In this document: positions 42,437 through 52,489 of the stretch, piece after piece
Numbering within the stretch: position 1 is the first letter of the stretch
Layout: every line of letters begins with the position of its first letter
Virus record (IMG/VR): IMGVR_UViG_3300049988_000124
Coordinates: 96,001 to 160,000 of that record
Length of the DNA: 64,000 nucleotides
Source: a virus
Lineage: Duplodnaviria; Caudoviricetes
Reading direction: 5' to 3' (one strand)
Program-made: the position numbers and the translations under genes
Notes under the pieces: generated by a model
Databases searched by the model: none
What the model was told of the DNA's origin: nothing
What the model saw: the letters and a program-made list of their open reading frames with translations, nothing else

Positions 42437-44431
42437 ATGTTCAACACTGGTTACCCGACCACGAATTTCGCGTGGAGGGATGATTCCGGTGCAGCCACCG
42501 GCGCTCTGCTCTCAGCTCCTACTGAGGGTCTCAATGTTCCCTTCTTCTTCGTTATGTCAGAGCGCGGCACGCCTGGTGAGATCTACTACGGCGCTGGCGC
42601 TGAGATCACCAAGGCCCTGGGTGCTGGCACCTTTGATCCTAACTCGCCTTTCTACAACACGTCCACCGTGTTCGCAGCAGCGGCGATGGCGGGTCAGGGC
42701 GTCGAGATCATGCGTCTCGTTGACCCCGATGCCAAGAAGGCCTCGTTCGGTCTCTTCTTGTCGGCGTCGGCCAAGGACGTCACCCAGTATCAGAAGAATG
42801 CCGATGGTAGTCGCAAGATCGACGGCGTCACCGGTGCTCCGCTCCCCAAGCTCGCTAGCGACAACGTTACCGTCGTCAAGGAGCCGGGTGTAGTTCTGAA
42901 GTGGTCGGTGCGCAAGCTCGCCGACAACGAGGACTTCTCAGCCCTCACCGTGGTCACCACGACGGCCTCGGGCGTTACCACCAAGACCTACCCGATCATG
43001 GCAGGCACCCTCGAGCAGGGCACCTTTGGTAACCGTCAGGGCTTCAGCCTCTACTCGTCACCGGCTCGTGGATCAACGGCTGCGCAGGAAATCAACTCCA
43101 CGCTCTACCGTTTCGTTCCCTATGAGCTGCCGACGGCGGTGTCCACCACGGCGCGTCCGATCAACGACGTCAACGGTAGCCAGTTCAACGACTTCTCGTT
43201 CAAGAACAGTGCTGTCTACAACGGTACCGGTTACAACTACGCGGCCAACTCGGTGTTCAACAACAACTACGTTGATCGCCAGGGCAACCAGCTCCTCCCC
43301 TATGACTTCCACGTCTACGGCGAGAACATCGGCCTCATTGGTGCAGCTGCCCTCGCGGTTAGCCCTGAGATCGTTGGTGTTGATGCCTACGAGCTCGACC
43401 TGGTAACGGGTACTGATCTCGATGGTCACTTCTTCGATCACATCGTGATCGACGATGCCTCGAGCACGGTGGTGAACGCTTCGGTCGTGAACTACGCCTC
43501 GGGTGGTACAGACGGCGACACCAGCTGGGCCAAGCTCGACGCACTCGTCAAGGATTGGCTGAACGGCTCAAGCCACGGTGAGTTCTCGAACCTCCAGCAG
43601 CATCCGATGACGCACTACTCGGATCCGGGTTTCTCCATGCCGACGAAGTTCGCGCTTCTGAACATGCTGAGCCTGCGGGACAACATGAAGATCGACCTGT
43701 CCACGCAGGACGTCGCGCTTCGTCCCAACACCAAGGCCGAGGATATGGCAGCGGCACAGACGCTGCTCTTCCGCACGCAGATGTACCCGCAGTCGATCAT
43801 CAACGGTGTTGGCTGTCTCCGGGTGGGCATCTACGCGCACGCTGGTCAGCTGGTCGTGGGCTCTGGGTACGACAAGATCGTTCCCTACACCTACAACCGT
43901 CTGCTGCAGCGCCGTGACCTGGATGGTGGTGCCTACATCAAGGGTTCGTCAGGTGGTCTGCCTAACTCGGGCGTTACGGTGTTCCGTAAGGCTAACTGGG
44001 TGGCCGACGATGAGCCGACGCAGGCTGCTGCCTGGGCTGGCTGCGTGAACGTGGTTCGCCACGCTACGCGCACGACGACCTTCTACCCCTCGATCCGCAC
44101 TGTGTACCCGAACGATACCTCGCTCCTGTCGGACGATGAGATCTCGGATCGCCTGCTCTACCTCGTCAAGATCTGCCGTGAGGTGTGGGCCAATTACGCT
44201 GGTGCTCGCCAGCCGACCAAGGACCTCTACCCGCGCATTCAGAACGACATCAATCAGCGCGCTGCTGCTGCCTTCTCGGGCGATAGCATCTCGGTGATCG
44301 CGACAGTGGGTCAGACCGCTGTGGATGCCAACCTGGGTTCGCAGATCTCCATTGACCTGAACGTGACTGGCCCTGCTCCTCTGCGGACCATGAACTACAA
44401 CGTCATTGTTGGTCGGGTACAGCCTGAGTAA
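42437..44431 (+). CDS. Tail sheath protein (phiKZ gp29-like)
   Basis: About 665 aa; P.F..ERG, MRLVD..A, YASGGTDG, DPGFS..TK, FYP.IRTVY.NDTS.L; AAAGGA SD before MFNTG at 42437. Confidence 0.88.
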   Translation: MFNTGYPTTNFAWRDDSGAATGALLSAPTEGLNVPFFFVMSERGTPGEIYYGAGAEITKALGAGTFDPNSPFYNTSTVFAAAAMAGQGVEIMRLVDPDAKKASFGLFLSASAKDVTQYQKNADGSRKIDGVTGAPLPKLASDNVTVVKEPGVVLKWSVRKLADNEDFSALTVVTTTASGVTTKTYPIMAGTLEQGTFGNRQGFSLYSSPARGSTAAQEINSTLYRFVPYELPTAVSTTARPINDVNGSQFNDFSFKNSAVYNGTGYNYAANSVFNNNYVDRQGNQLLPYDFHVYGENIGLIGAAALAVSPEIVGVDAYELDLVTGTDLDGHFFDHIVIDDASSTVVNASVVNYASGGTDGDTSWAKLDALVKDWLNGSSHGEFSNLQQHPMTHYSDPGFSMPTKFALLNMLSLRDNMKIDLSTQDVALRPNTKAEDMAAAQTLLFRTQMYPQSIINGVGCLRVGIYAHAGQLVVGSGYDKIVPYTYNRLLQRRDLDGGAYIKGSSGGLPNSGVTVFRKANWVADDEPTQAAAWAGCVNVVRHATRTTTFYPSIRTVYPNDTSLLSDDEISDRLLYLVKICREVWANYAGARQPTKDLYPRIQNDINQRAAAAFSGDSISVIATVGQTAVDANLGSQISIDLNVTGPAPLRTMNYNVIVGRVQPE

Positions 44432-44444
44432 CACCAAGAATACC

Positions 44445-44476
44445 TAAGGGGGGATAGTTGATAAAATCCCCCCTTA
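44445..44476 (+). terminator. Intrinsic terminator between sheath and tube
   Basis: TAAGGGGGGAT..ATCCCCCCTTA followed by CTTTTTT. Confidence 0.65.
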
Positions 44477-44510
44477 CTTTTTTCTCACGTACATTAGGAG
44501 TTTTAACACC

Positions 44511-45383
44511 ATGGGTCAGATGCGCGGCAGCCTGATCGCCAATGGCGGTGCTTTTGCTGCTTCCCCCAGTTCGTACACAGCTAATGTCGTAGAAGGTGGC
44601 CAGCTCGGTTTTGGTCCTCTCCTCGGCAACCTTGATGCCAACACCCCGCAGGTTCACCTGCCGCTGCAGTTCGTCGTAACGCACGTTCCGACGTTCTTCC
44701 AGTACATCCCCAATGGTGCGGCAATCTTCAAGGCGCTCTTTGAGACTCACCTGGTCTCGATGGACGGTCTTGATTTCACCTACTCGATGGAAACCGAGGG
44801 TACACCTGTCGGCCGTGATGGTCAGCAGCAGATGGTCCCGACACGTCAGACCCGTTCGCAGATCTCGCCCACCGGGACCTGGCCGGAGAAGATCGGTAAC
44901 GTCATCTACAACCTCGGCCGTACCTGGCTGAACGCCATGCGCGACGTTGACACTCAGGCATCCTCGATGGCTGGTATCATCTCGCAGGGCACCGTCCTGC
45001 CTCCGCACGTCGCCTCGATGTTCGCCGCTGACATCTTCGCGATTCAGTACGACACCACGATGCGTCCGGAGAACATCATCGACGCCTTCGCGATGACGAA
45101 CTTCTTCCCGACCGATATCGGTGGCCACGGCTACCAGTATAACGCGACGGAGGTTCATCGCCCGGATCGTACCTTCACCTTCACCTGCATGGTGCAGCAC
45201 AACAACAACACCGTGAACGTCGCCAAGAGCCTCGCCACGCTGACCAACCTGCACCGTGTCAACTACCAGGACGCTCTTCCGATCGCGCAGCGCATCGAGG
45301 ACAACCTGGTGGGTGAGGGCATGGCTCGCCAGGTCGACGACTACCTCAGCGCCTTCCGTAACCTGAACGGGGCTGTGGGTTAA
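44511..45383 (+). CDS. Tail tube protein (phiKZ gp30-like)
   Basis: 290 aa after the sheath; P.FF, KALFETH..S.DGL, P..TW.EK.G, A..TN.FP pattern. Confidence 0.85.
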   Translation: MGQMRGSLIANGGAFAASPSSYTANVVEGGQLGFGPLLGNLDANTPQVHLPLQFVVTHVPTFFQYIPNGAAIFKALFETHLVSMDGLDFTYSMETEGTPVGRDGQQQMVPTRQTRSQISPTGTWPEKIGNVIYNLGRTWLNAMRDVDTQASSMAGIISQGTVLPPHVASMFAADIFAIQYDTTMRPENIIDAFAMTNFFPTDIGGHGYQYNATEVHRPDRTFTFTCMVQHNNNTVNVAKSLATLTNLHRVNYQDALPIAQRIEDNLVGEGMARQVDDYLSAFRNLNGAVG

Positions 45384-45402
45384 TCGTTTAACCAACTGAA
45401 GA

Positions 45403-45434
45403 GTAGAGAGGAGGGCACATGCCCTCCTCTCTAC
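45403..45434. terminator. Bidirectional GA-arm hairpin
   Basis: GTAGAGAGGAGGGCA-CA-TGCCCTCCTCTCTAC between the convergent tube and portal genes. Confidence 0.85.
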
Positions 45435-45449
45435 CTTTATCGCATCTAT

Positions 45450-48011
45450 TCAGTAACCAGCAGGGGGTACTTGGTTGTTAGGATCACTCATGGGATCCAT
45501 GGGAGCCGCTGCTGCTGCCTCCTTGGCTTTAGCTGCTTCCCTGATCTGGATCTTAGATTCCACCATCTCAGTGAGATTCTCCAAGCCGTTATGAAGCTCA
45601 GAGATAGCACTAAGGTGATCACTGAAGTTGTTACCCTCAGGAATCTGCACACCCGACATCCCGACACTCTCGAGATAGTCACGAATGTTGCTACCAACGA
45701 TTCGACTACGCAGAAGACCAATGGTGGCACGAAGCTTGTCATTGGATCCAGCGAGCTCGTCTGGGAAGAGCGAGGTAACCAAGTTGGTGATCGCACTGAT
45801 CATACCGTCCATGGACTCGAACTGTGCCTTGGAGGGCGCGATATTCGGCTTGGGTAGCGTGATTGACATTCCCTCAAGGAGTGTCTCCAGTGTACAATCA
45901 GCTGGAAGCTTGGTCTCGGCCTCCTTACCGTTGGCTGGCTGCAGCGCTGACTCATCGGTGCTGCTGTTGCCCTTGTCCTTACCCTTTGACCGCTTCTTAC
46001 CGAGCTCAGGAACAATCTCAAGGAGTTCCTTCTGGAACTCAGCGGAGAAGCGCGCATATTTGCGAATCACATCGCTGATGTGCTTGATCACCGCGTCCTG
46101 ATAGATCTGGACTTCCATGGCAAAGAAGAGATTGGTCGTTGTCACCGAGCGAGCATATTCATCCTCGTTCAGGGAGTTCATCGTGGAGGCTGGCACATCC
46201 ATGCCGTTGATGATCGACTTATCCAGATACTCCATCATGGATGAGTCAAAGTCAGTAGCACTACCCTTATCAGCGGCAACGTTGTCGACGCTGAAGTTCT
46301 CCATGCCTGGAATGCCCTCAGCCTTTACGGTAAAGGCTTTCTGCTGGATCTGGGACTGGATATGCCCAGGGTCCGTTGAGAAGGTCATGGACGTTTTCTG
46401 GATGTACTGGTCAATGAGCGTCTGGAACATCATCTCGGGCTGTTCCATGTTGTTCTCATCGAACTTCAAGGTGAGAAGACGCTTATCCATCGCTGACTTG
46501 ATTGAGGCCAAGACGCGTGAGACCTGGACGGCCATCTTCATACCCAGGGCAAACTTAATGCCGTTGAGCTTGGAGACACCGTAGCCGTATTGATCGGTCT
46601 CAAAGGTCATGTAGGTCACCAGTTCCTTTGGCAGGAACAAGATGCGGGTTCGCTTCTCTCGGAGCATGCGAGTGAAGAGACAACGAAGGGTTGCATCCAT
46701 GTTGGGGATCTCAACCCGGCCGTAGCCAGCTTTGCCTAGGCGCTTCTGGATGTGACCGCCGATGACCTTGGAGTAGAGATGCTGCATGGTCTGGCGATCC
46801 ATGGCGCTACGCCCGGTGGTACCCATGCCATATGCTTGATTGATTTGTGAAAAGATGTCATTGCCGCGTTTGCTATAACGAGCGTCTGCTTCTTGTTCGT
46901 CTGCGTCTTGGGTTACAACACTAACGGGATTGCCGGTTACATCGAGAAGAATGAGGTAACCCTGGTGATCGCCTGGCTCTCCTGGTGTGTGGATTACCGT
47001 GACCGACTCAGGTGGCAAGCGCATGAGGAGCGGATTGCCATCGGGGGCTGAGCTATCCTCTGGATCAACGTCGATCTCGAGGAGCGGCTGATGAGTCGCT
47101 AGCTTGAAGCGCTCCTTGATCTTCTTGTGGGTGGCACGCTTGCGCTTCTCGTCCCCTGCTGCATTAACGCGCAACACTGAGGGATTGTCAGTGAGATTGA
47201 GCGACTCGGTCGCCAGGAACCTCTCCACGGCCTGATGGGCAGCAGCAGTGAGTGCTCCCTTGGGAATCTGACGATCTGAATCACTCATGAGATCAAGGGC
47301 ATCATACCCCAGTGTCTCCAGACCGATCCGCTCGTCTTTGTCAGGACGCGCCGTGTTGCTGTCACCAAAGCCAAAGAGGCTTTCCTGACACAGAGGCTCA
47401 ACCACATCCTTGACGAACGCTTCTGTTGCCAGGTAGGAGTCGTCGTGGATCTTCTCGAACGAAGAAAGAGGAACTGTGGCAAAGACCGAGGCCCCGGTCT
47501 CATAGCCGAACTGGTAAACCCACTGAGGGGCTGCTGTCTTCAAGTTCAGCTTCTTCTGAAAGAACTTGGTAGCCATGACACCGAGCTTGGTCTCGATAGA
47601 CTCATCCACGCCCTCGATATCGAACTGGATGCCGATCTCTTTGCGACTAAGATCAGACGGAGAGAAGATCGAGGCAACCATGAGCCTGGCGGCTTTGCGC
47701 ACGTCGGGCATGAGTTCGAGGATCCGCCGGTTCTCCATGCGGTCCTGGCCTACGCGCTGATAAGCGGTCGACATTAGACCCATGACAGAGCCGATGGGCG
47801 AGGGCCTACCAGTTGCAGTCTTGGTCTCTGGACGAAGCGCTGTACGCAGGAGTTTGGCGCGGGTATCGTTGGGGATCAGCTCGGCTGTACCGAAGCTTCT
47901 GGTAACCGGAGTGTCTGTACTATCTGACTTGCGGAAATCGAATAAGCCTCTCGACATCTTCATGATATTGAGGGCTTTAGTTCCTGAGGTCTTGCTTGGC
48001 GACTGAGCCAT
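45450..48011 (-). CDS. Portal protein (phiKZ gp129 / SPN3US gp81-like)
   Basis: 853 aa; LPPESV.VIHTPGEP..H.GYLILLD..GNP, LF.RML..RT..LFLP.EL.Y, G.G.S.L pattern; xxES/xLET propeptide motifs; divergent from the gp128-like gene. Confidence 0.78.
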   Translation of the reverse strand: MAQSPSKTSGTKALNIMKMSRGLFDFRKSDSTDTPVTRSFGTAELIPNDTRAKLLRTALRPETKTATGRPSPIGSVMGLMSTAYQRVGQDRMENRRILELMPDVRKAARLMVASIFSPSDLSRKEIGIQFDIEGVDESIETKLGVMATKFFQKKLNLKTAAPQWVYQFGYETGASVFATVPLSSFEKIHDDSYLATEAFVKDVVEPLCQESLFGFGDSNTARPDKDERIGLETLGYDALDLMSDSDRQIPKGALTAAAHQAVERFLATESLNLTDNPSVLRVNAAGDEKRKRATHKKIKERFKLATHQPLLEIDVDPEDSSAPDGNPLLMRLPPESVTVIHTPGEPGDHQGYLILLDVTGNPVSVVTQDADEQEADARYSKRGNDIFSQINQAYGMGTTGRSAMDRQTMQHLYSKVIGGHIQKRLGKAGYGRVEIPNMDATLRCLFTRMLREKRTRILFLPKELVTYMTFETDQYGYGVSKLNGIKFALGMKMAVQVSRVLASIKSAMDKRLLTLKFDENNMEQPEMMFQTLIDQYIQKTSMTFSTDPGHIQSQIQQKAFTVKAEGIPGMENFSVDNVAADKGSATDFDSSMMEYLDKSIINGMDVPASTMNSLNEDEYARSVTTTNLFFAMEVQIYQDAVIKHISDVIRKYARFSAEFQKELLEIVPELGKKRSKGKDKGNSSTDESALQPANGKEAETKLPADCTLETLLEGMSITLPKPNIAPSKAQFESMDGMISAITNLVTSLFPDELAGSNDKLRATIGLLRSRIVGSNIRDYLESVGMSGVQIPEGNNFSDHLSAISELHNGLENLTEMVESKIQIREAAKAKEAAAAAPMDPMSDPNNQVPPAGY

Positions 48012-48103
48012 GTGTATAAATCCTCTTTAAACTCGTATTTGGGGGGTTTACTGATGAAAAGTAAACAACATACCCCTCACATCATGGAAGGTAGATTTTC
48101 AAC

Positions 48104-50305
48104 ATGATTTCACCTGATAGGATGCTGCCGCAGCAGCAGATCTACAACTTCCTGAGAACCACCACCGTTAAGTTCAGCCCGCTTGCTGATTACTTGAACG
48201 CTACCTTGATCCAGAAAGGATTCGAGGTTAACGATCAAGATCCCGCATCGTGGAAATATTACCTGAACATGGTAGGTCGCTATCACGTGTCCGACACGCC
48301 CATGGTGGTAATGTCGGTTGACACCCACCAGCAGATCGTGTTCTCACCGGAAACATTGAAGAATCATCCGCGCACCAAAGCTGCCTACGTACCAGGCGGA
48401 CCTTTTTATAACAGGCTCTGTGACACCTACCCCGATCAGGTAGATCTCATCAAGTCTATATTATTCCCAGTAGAATCGCTGGAAAAAGCAATGATGGCCG
48501 AGGACTTAACGCTCCTCAAGTACGGCCACGGTTACCTCGAGGAGTATGAGGAGTCGGTCCTCATCATGAAGGTCGAGGCGTTCCTCGAGATCATGAAAGA
48601 GCGCTGGTACTTCGACTTCCTCGATGATGAGCCGTTCTTCCACATTACCTTCTGGGCAAGTCTCCCCATTCATCTGGCATCGCTGCTGATGACGGCCAGG
48701 CTCGAACATGTCCACACACCCTATGTTCACAGCTTCGAGCTCTGGAGCACGCTGAAGGCAGAAGGACTGGATGACTATTCAGACATCTTGAGCCGTGAGA
48801 AGGCCATGATGCTCTACCAGAACATCAAGTACTTTCGCAACAATGCCGGTAAGCAGAGTAACCTCGATATTCTGACCACTCGTCTGTTGTCGGACTTGGG
48901 TATTGGTATCTACGGCCGCATCGTTGTTCAGCAGTCCGAGAAGCGAGCAGAGGATTATCAGCTAACCCCGCAGCTGGTCCCGATCCGTCTTCCGGTGGTC
49001 TCCGAGGCTCTGCCTGCTCCCATTGAAATAAAGTCGGTCTCCACGGTTCAGTCAGAAATCTTGGAGAAGGGTCTGACTGACTCCAACTCCGCTGAGATGG
49101 TAACCACCATTGAGCGAAAGCTCGGCGACACCAGGCTGAATGAGTTTGCCACCAAGTTCCTGGAGATCAGGCCGGTAGCACAGAACAAGCCCTACGTGGA
49201 ACTCCTAAACGGGTTCTTGATGGAGACCTTGACGGTCTCGATCATGGAAGGTTATTATTCCAAGGCTATCGAGGTCAGGGATCCGCTCACCAATGAGTTG
49301 ATCTTCTTGAACCCCAAGGAACTCTTGGCCCTCTACAATTACGCCGTCTATAAGTCCATGGGTCTAGAGCCCGAGGATTTCCCCAGAAGCGTTCTCCTGC
49401 GCCATGCGTTTAATACGACGATTGGGAAGCCTGCGGCCAAGATCCCTTACTACAACGGGGAACTCTACGTCAAGATGGCTGTCGAGCCGACGGAGTATCT
49501 GAGTGGTCTGGACTATGACCGGGATATTCAGAGCCCGGCTGAGTTCACCGAGCAGGCAACGCGGTTGTGGCTTCGCTACATGACGCACTACCTGGCTGAC
49601 CAGGGTACCAAGATCGACAGTGTTCGAACCATTCTAGAATATCTAAATGGTTTCTGTCATACCCGGCGTGAGCAGCCGATTGATCTCATCACCGGCTACA
49701 CCAATTACGCTGAGTGGTTGGGTCCAACAGGTATCAATCTGCAGAACAACATCATTCCGCAGTATGACCTCCAGACTGATCCGCGCAAGCAGTGGGGTAA
49801 TCTTGCTGACACGATCATCAGTACGCTCATTCCGATCAACGACACGCTTCGACGCTTTGGTAACTTTACCTTGTCTAACTCGGGCTTCGAGCGACTGCGT
49901 CAACTCTTTGTTCAGATGTGCAGCTACCGCGTGGTCTTCTTGCAGAGTGATCGTGAGACTTCAGAGCACCTCGTTGCCGGTAAATGGTCGACCTATTACG
50001 GTCCTGACCATATGGACACTTTCTCTGACTTTATCGTCACCACCAACATGGATGTCAACCACAAGGTTAACTTGAGAAAGGATCTCACTCTTCTAAGTGG
50101 AGTGACCGAACATCTGGCAACAAAGGTCAGCAGTCCTGCTGGCTATAGTGTGACAACAACAGTTGTTGATCAACACAATCACGCCGTATTGAAGTCTGAA
50201 CATCTGAGAGCTACCTCCACCACCATCGGAGTCTCAGAGGCACAAGGTACCTTGCATCTCGCACGCACGCCGATCATGGCTCAGGGCATCTTTCCCGCTT
50301 CGTAA
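48104..50305 (+). CDS. Virion structural protein (phiKZ gp128-like)
   Basis: WKYYLNMVGRYH..D..M.V.S.DT...I.FS.E.L..H..T..Y..G..Y..L...YP.Q..LI..IL.P pattern; 733 aa. Confidence 0.78.
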   Translation: MISPDRMLPQQQIYNFLRTTTVKFSPLADYLNATLIQKGFEVNDQDPASWKYYLNMVGRYHVSDTPMVVMSVDTHQQIVFSPETLKNHPRTKAAYVPGGPFYNRLCDTYPDQVDLIKSILFPVESLEKAMMAEDLTLLKYGHGYLEEYEESVLIMKVEAFLEIMKERWYFDFLDDEPFFHITFWASLPIHLASLLMTARLEHVHTPYVHSFELWSTLKAEGLDDYSDILSREKAMMLYQNIKYFRNNAGKQSNLDILTTRLLSDLGIGIYGRIVVQQSEKRAEDYQLTPQLVPIRLPVVSEALPAPIEIKSVSTVQSEILEKGLTDSNSAEMVTTIERKLGDTRLNEFATKFLEIRPVAQNKPYVELLNGFLMETLTVSIMEGYYSKAIEVRDPLTNELIFLNPKELLALYNYAVYKSMGLEPEDFPRSVLLRHAFNTTIGKPAAKIPYYNGELYVKMAVEPTEYLSGLDYDRDIQSPAEFTEQATRLWLRYMTHYLADQGTKIDSVRTILEYLNGFCHTRREQPIDLITGYTNYAEWLGPTGINLQNNIIPQYDLQTDPRKQWGNLADTIISTLIPINDTLRRFGNFTLSNSGFERLRQLFVQMCSYRVVFLQSDRETSEHLVAGKWSTYYGPDHMDTFSDFIVTTNMDVNHKVNLRKDLTLLSGVTEHLATKVSSPAGYSVTTTVVDQHNHAVLKSEHLRATSTTIGVSEAQGTLHLARTPIMAQGIFPAS

Positions 50306-50334
50306 TTTTTAAGACATTTAGGACACCTAGATCA

Positions 50335-51192
50335 ATGGCTACCAACACCACGAGCTTCACCCCCATCCAGCACGCCAAGGAAAGCCTCCTTGGTATGACT
50401 CACGCACTCGAACAGCGTTTCGGGTGCGAGCCCCGACTGGACAAGGGAACAACGCTGAACACCAAGTTCGATACCTTCCCCAACAAGCTTCCCGCCAACG
50501 CTCGCCACGTCGCTTTCTTCGCCTGGGGTGTCGGTGGACGGGTCAACGATGATACGCACCTGACTTCGGCTGAGTTCGCGCTCGGTACCAATATGGCGCT
50601 CTACGATATGCGCCCGTTCCGCGCGGTTCCCTTCGAGACCGATCTCTCGGCCGAGGAGCGTGCTAAGTACGGCATGCGGGTGCTCAAGATGATCAACGGC
50701 ACGATGTACTGCCTCTACTACCTGAAGAGGATCGACTTCACGCAGAGTCAGGTTCAGTATATTCGTACGGACTCGCAGTCCGGCGAGCGCAGCTCCTACG
50801 AGATCAACTACGCCAATCTTGGTACGGCGACCGCTGGTCCTGCTCGTCCCGTACACGGCAGCAACGGTGTCGTCGAAGACGTCGCTGACTCCGTCTCAGT
50901 AATCCTGCCTGGTCTCATCACCCTGACGGGTCAGGAAGTCTACGAGTCGGTCGCGGTGATGGACAATGGTGATCCGCGTTTTGCTGTAGCAAGCGAGCTC
51001 GGTTTCGTCTCGGCTTCGATCGAGTCGGTGGCAGTGACTGACTTTGCTGGTCGTCCGTTCAATTACCAGGAAGCGATCTTCGCCCAGCTCGTTGACCAGT
51101 ATAACTGGACCGGTCAGTCGTTCGTCTCGACTGCTGACGTTCTGACGCGTGATCTGTCCTTCTCAATGAAGAACCTGATCAACCAGTCGTAA
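50335..51192 (+). CDS. Virion structural protein (phiKZ gp127-like)
   Basis: 285 aa; GVGG, ALY..RPF, L...ER.KY.MR, YYLKRI, ISELG-like ASELG; synteny. Confidence 0.72.
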   Translation: MATNTTSFTPIQHAKESLLGMTHALEQRFGCEPRLDKGTTLNTKFDTFPNKLPANARHVAFFAWGVGGRVNDDTHLTSAEFALGTNMALYDMRPFRAVPFETDLSAEERAKYGMRVLKMINGTMYCLYYLKRIDFTQSQVQYIRTDSQSGERSSYEINYANLGTATAGPARPVHGSNGVVEDVADSVSVILPGLITLTGQEVYESVAVMDNGDPRFAVASELGFVSASIESVAVTDFAGRPFNYQEAIFAQLVDQYNWTGQSFVSTADVLTRDLSFSMKNLINQS

Positions 51193-51215
51193 TTTCAACA
51201 AAAAAGAAACATGAG

Positions 51216-51247
51216 CATAGAGGGGAGGCACCAGCCTCCCCTCTATG
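51216..51247. terminator. Bidirectional GA-arm hairpin
   Basis: CATAGAGGGGAGGC-ACCA-GCCTCCCCTCTATG between convergent genes. Confidence 0.8.
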
Positions 51248-51254
51248 TCTGTTG

Positions 51255-51638
51255 TTATGCGGGTTGTTTGTTGCGATTGCGAATGGAGTTCACGTGATCC
51301 CTCAACGACATGTTCAGGTCGTATCCGTGAACGTCGCAGTTCTCGAGGGTGGAATTGAGTTCATCGATCGTGGAACACATCGCCAGATTAATGATCATCT
51401 GTGCCTGCTCGAACGAGTCGTACGTGTAATTGTCCTGGATGGCGAGTACTGCGTTACAGAACGCATTGTCGAGACCTGGTTCCGGAGTAGTCTCACCTGC
51501 GATGTCCTGCAACCACTGCGGAAGAGGTACATCCATCGCATTGTTCTTAACGTAGTCAAACATCCGCTGTGCGTCTTCTGGACTGATGTTCTTTGGATCG
51601 ACCATGTCACTCTCCTTTGCTACCACATCATTGAACAA
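51255..51638 (-). CDS. Hypothetical acidic protein
   Basis: 127 aa (may start at MVDPKN). Confidence 0.6.
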   Translation of the reverse strand: MFNDVVAKESDMVDPKNISPEDAQRMFDYVKNNAMDVPLPQWLQDIAGETTPEPGLDNAFCNAVLAIQDNYTYDSFEQAQMIINLAMCSTIDELNSTLENCDVHGYDLNMSLRDHVNSIRNRNKQPA

Positions 51639-52164
51639 ACCATTGTTGATTAAGTGGTACTACATCATTAGATGTATCAGGATTAGAATTATCGCTTTCC
51701 TGAGGAACTAAGTCGATCGCCGCCAGATCATATTCATCGAGCACATTCTCTACGATAGAAAATGGCGGGCCGTTATAGTTTCTGGGATCTTCTTGATCCA
51801 GAGTGATATAAGTGGCGGTCCTGGTACCGATATCGGTTATCCGATTACGTACCTCCATCCCACGGAACACGAACTCGGTGTCGATCTTAAGGTTGAAGAG
51901 CGTTAGTTGACCATTGGCCACTTCTTGAGAAATGTTCTCAGTGGTCCGGTCATAGTCAAGAGGAATGATCCCCAACGCTTCCACTTCACTGGATACTAGA
52001 TCCCGGTGATCATCTGCATCTGTACCAGTGACGTGTTCGATAACCGGTTGAACAGATACGATGCCTTTACCATCCGGTAGCTGAATCTGATTCTTGGCTC
52101 CTTCGACGAACGTTGAGCCTTCAGGAAACTTGTACGCACCAGAGAGGGTGAAACGAACGTCCAT
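51628..52164 (-). CDS. Hypothetical acidic protein
   Basis: 178 aa, AGGAG SD. Confidence 0.7.
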   Translation of the reverse strand: MDVRFTLSGAYKFPEGSTFVEGAKNQIQLPDGKGIVSVQPVIEHVTGTDADDHRDLVSSEVEALGIIPLDYDRTTENISQEVANGQLTLFNLKIDTEFVFRGMEVRNRITDIGTRTATYITLDQEDPRNYNGPPFSIVENVLDEYDLAAIDLVPQESDNSNPDTSNDVVPLNQQWFVQ

Positions 52165-52174
52165 GACTGTTCTC

Positions 52175-52489
52175 CTAGTGAAGAGTGGCTTGTGTGTGAT
52201 AAAGCTTCAGAGTCTCGAGCATGTACTTGTGAGCACGAATGAGGAACGCTTCCATCTCAGCCTCGTCGAACACGAAGTCGTGCGCGACATCGAGGTCGAG
52301 GGTTACTTCCTTGTTCGTCTGAGTGAAGGTGAGAAAGACTTTGTAGTCGTGATCATCAGGATCTTCAGTCAACGCCATCTTCAAACAGCGCTGATCAAAC
52401 CCCCGCCTCGATAATTCCTCGTAGACATTGATGATCTTGTTCATCGTTTCTTGGTGAGGACTACCTGCCCCATCAATTCTGTCTGCCAC
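52175..52489 (-). CDS. Hypothetical protein
   Basis: 104 aa, GTG start with AGGAGG SD embedded in the upstream gene. Confidence 0.7.
   Translation of the reverse strand: MADRIDGAGSPHQETMNKIINVYEELSRRGFDQRCLKMALTEDPDDHDYKVFLTFTQTNKEVTLDLDVAHDFVFDEAEMEAFLIRAHKYMLETLKLYHTQATLH

Noticed and set aside
51795-51812. TATATCAC matches inside coding sequence (about 51803 and about 3435, minus strand)
   Set aside because: Both are intragenic and lack the TG at the conserved downstream offset seen in the four intergenic motifs.
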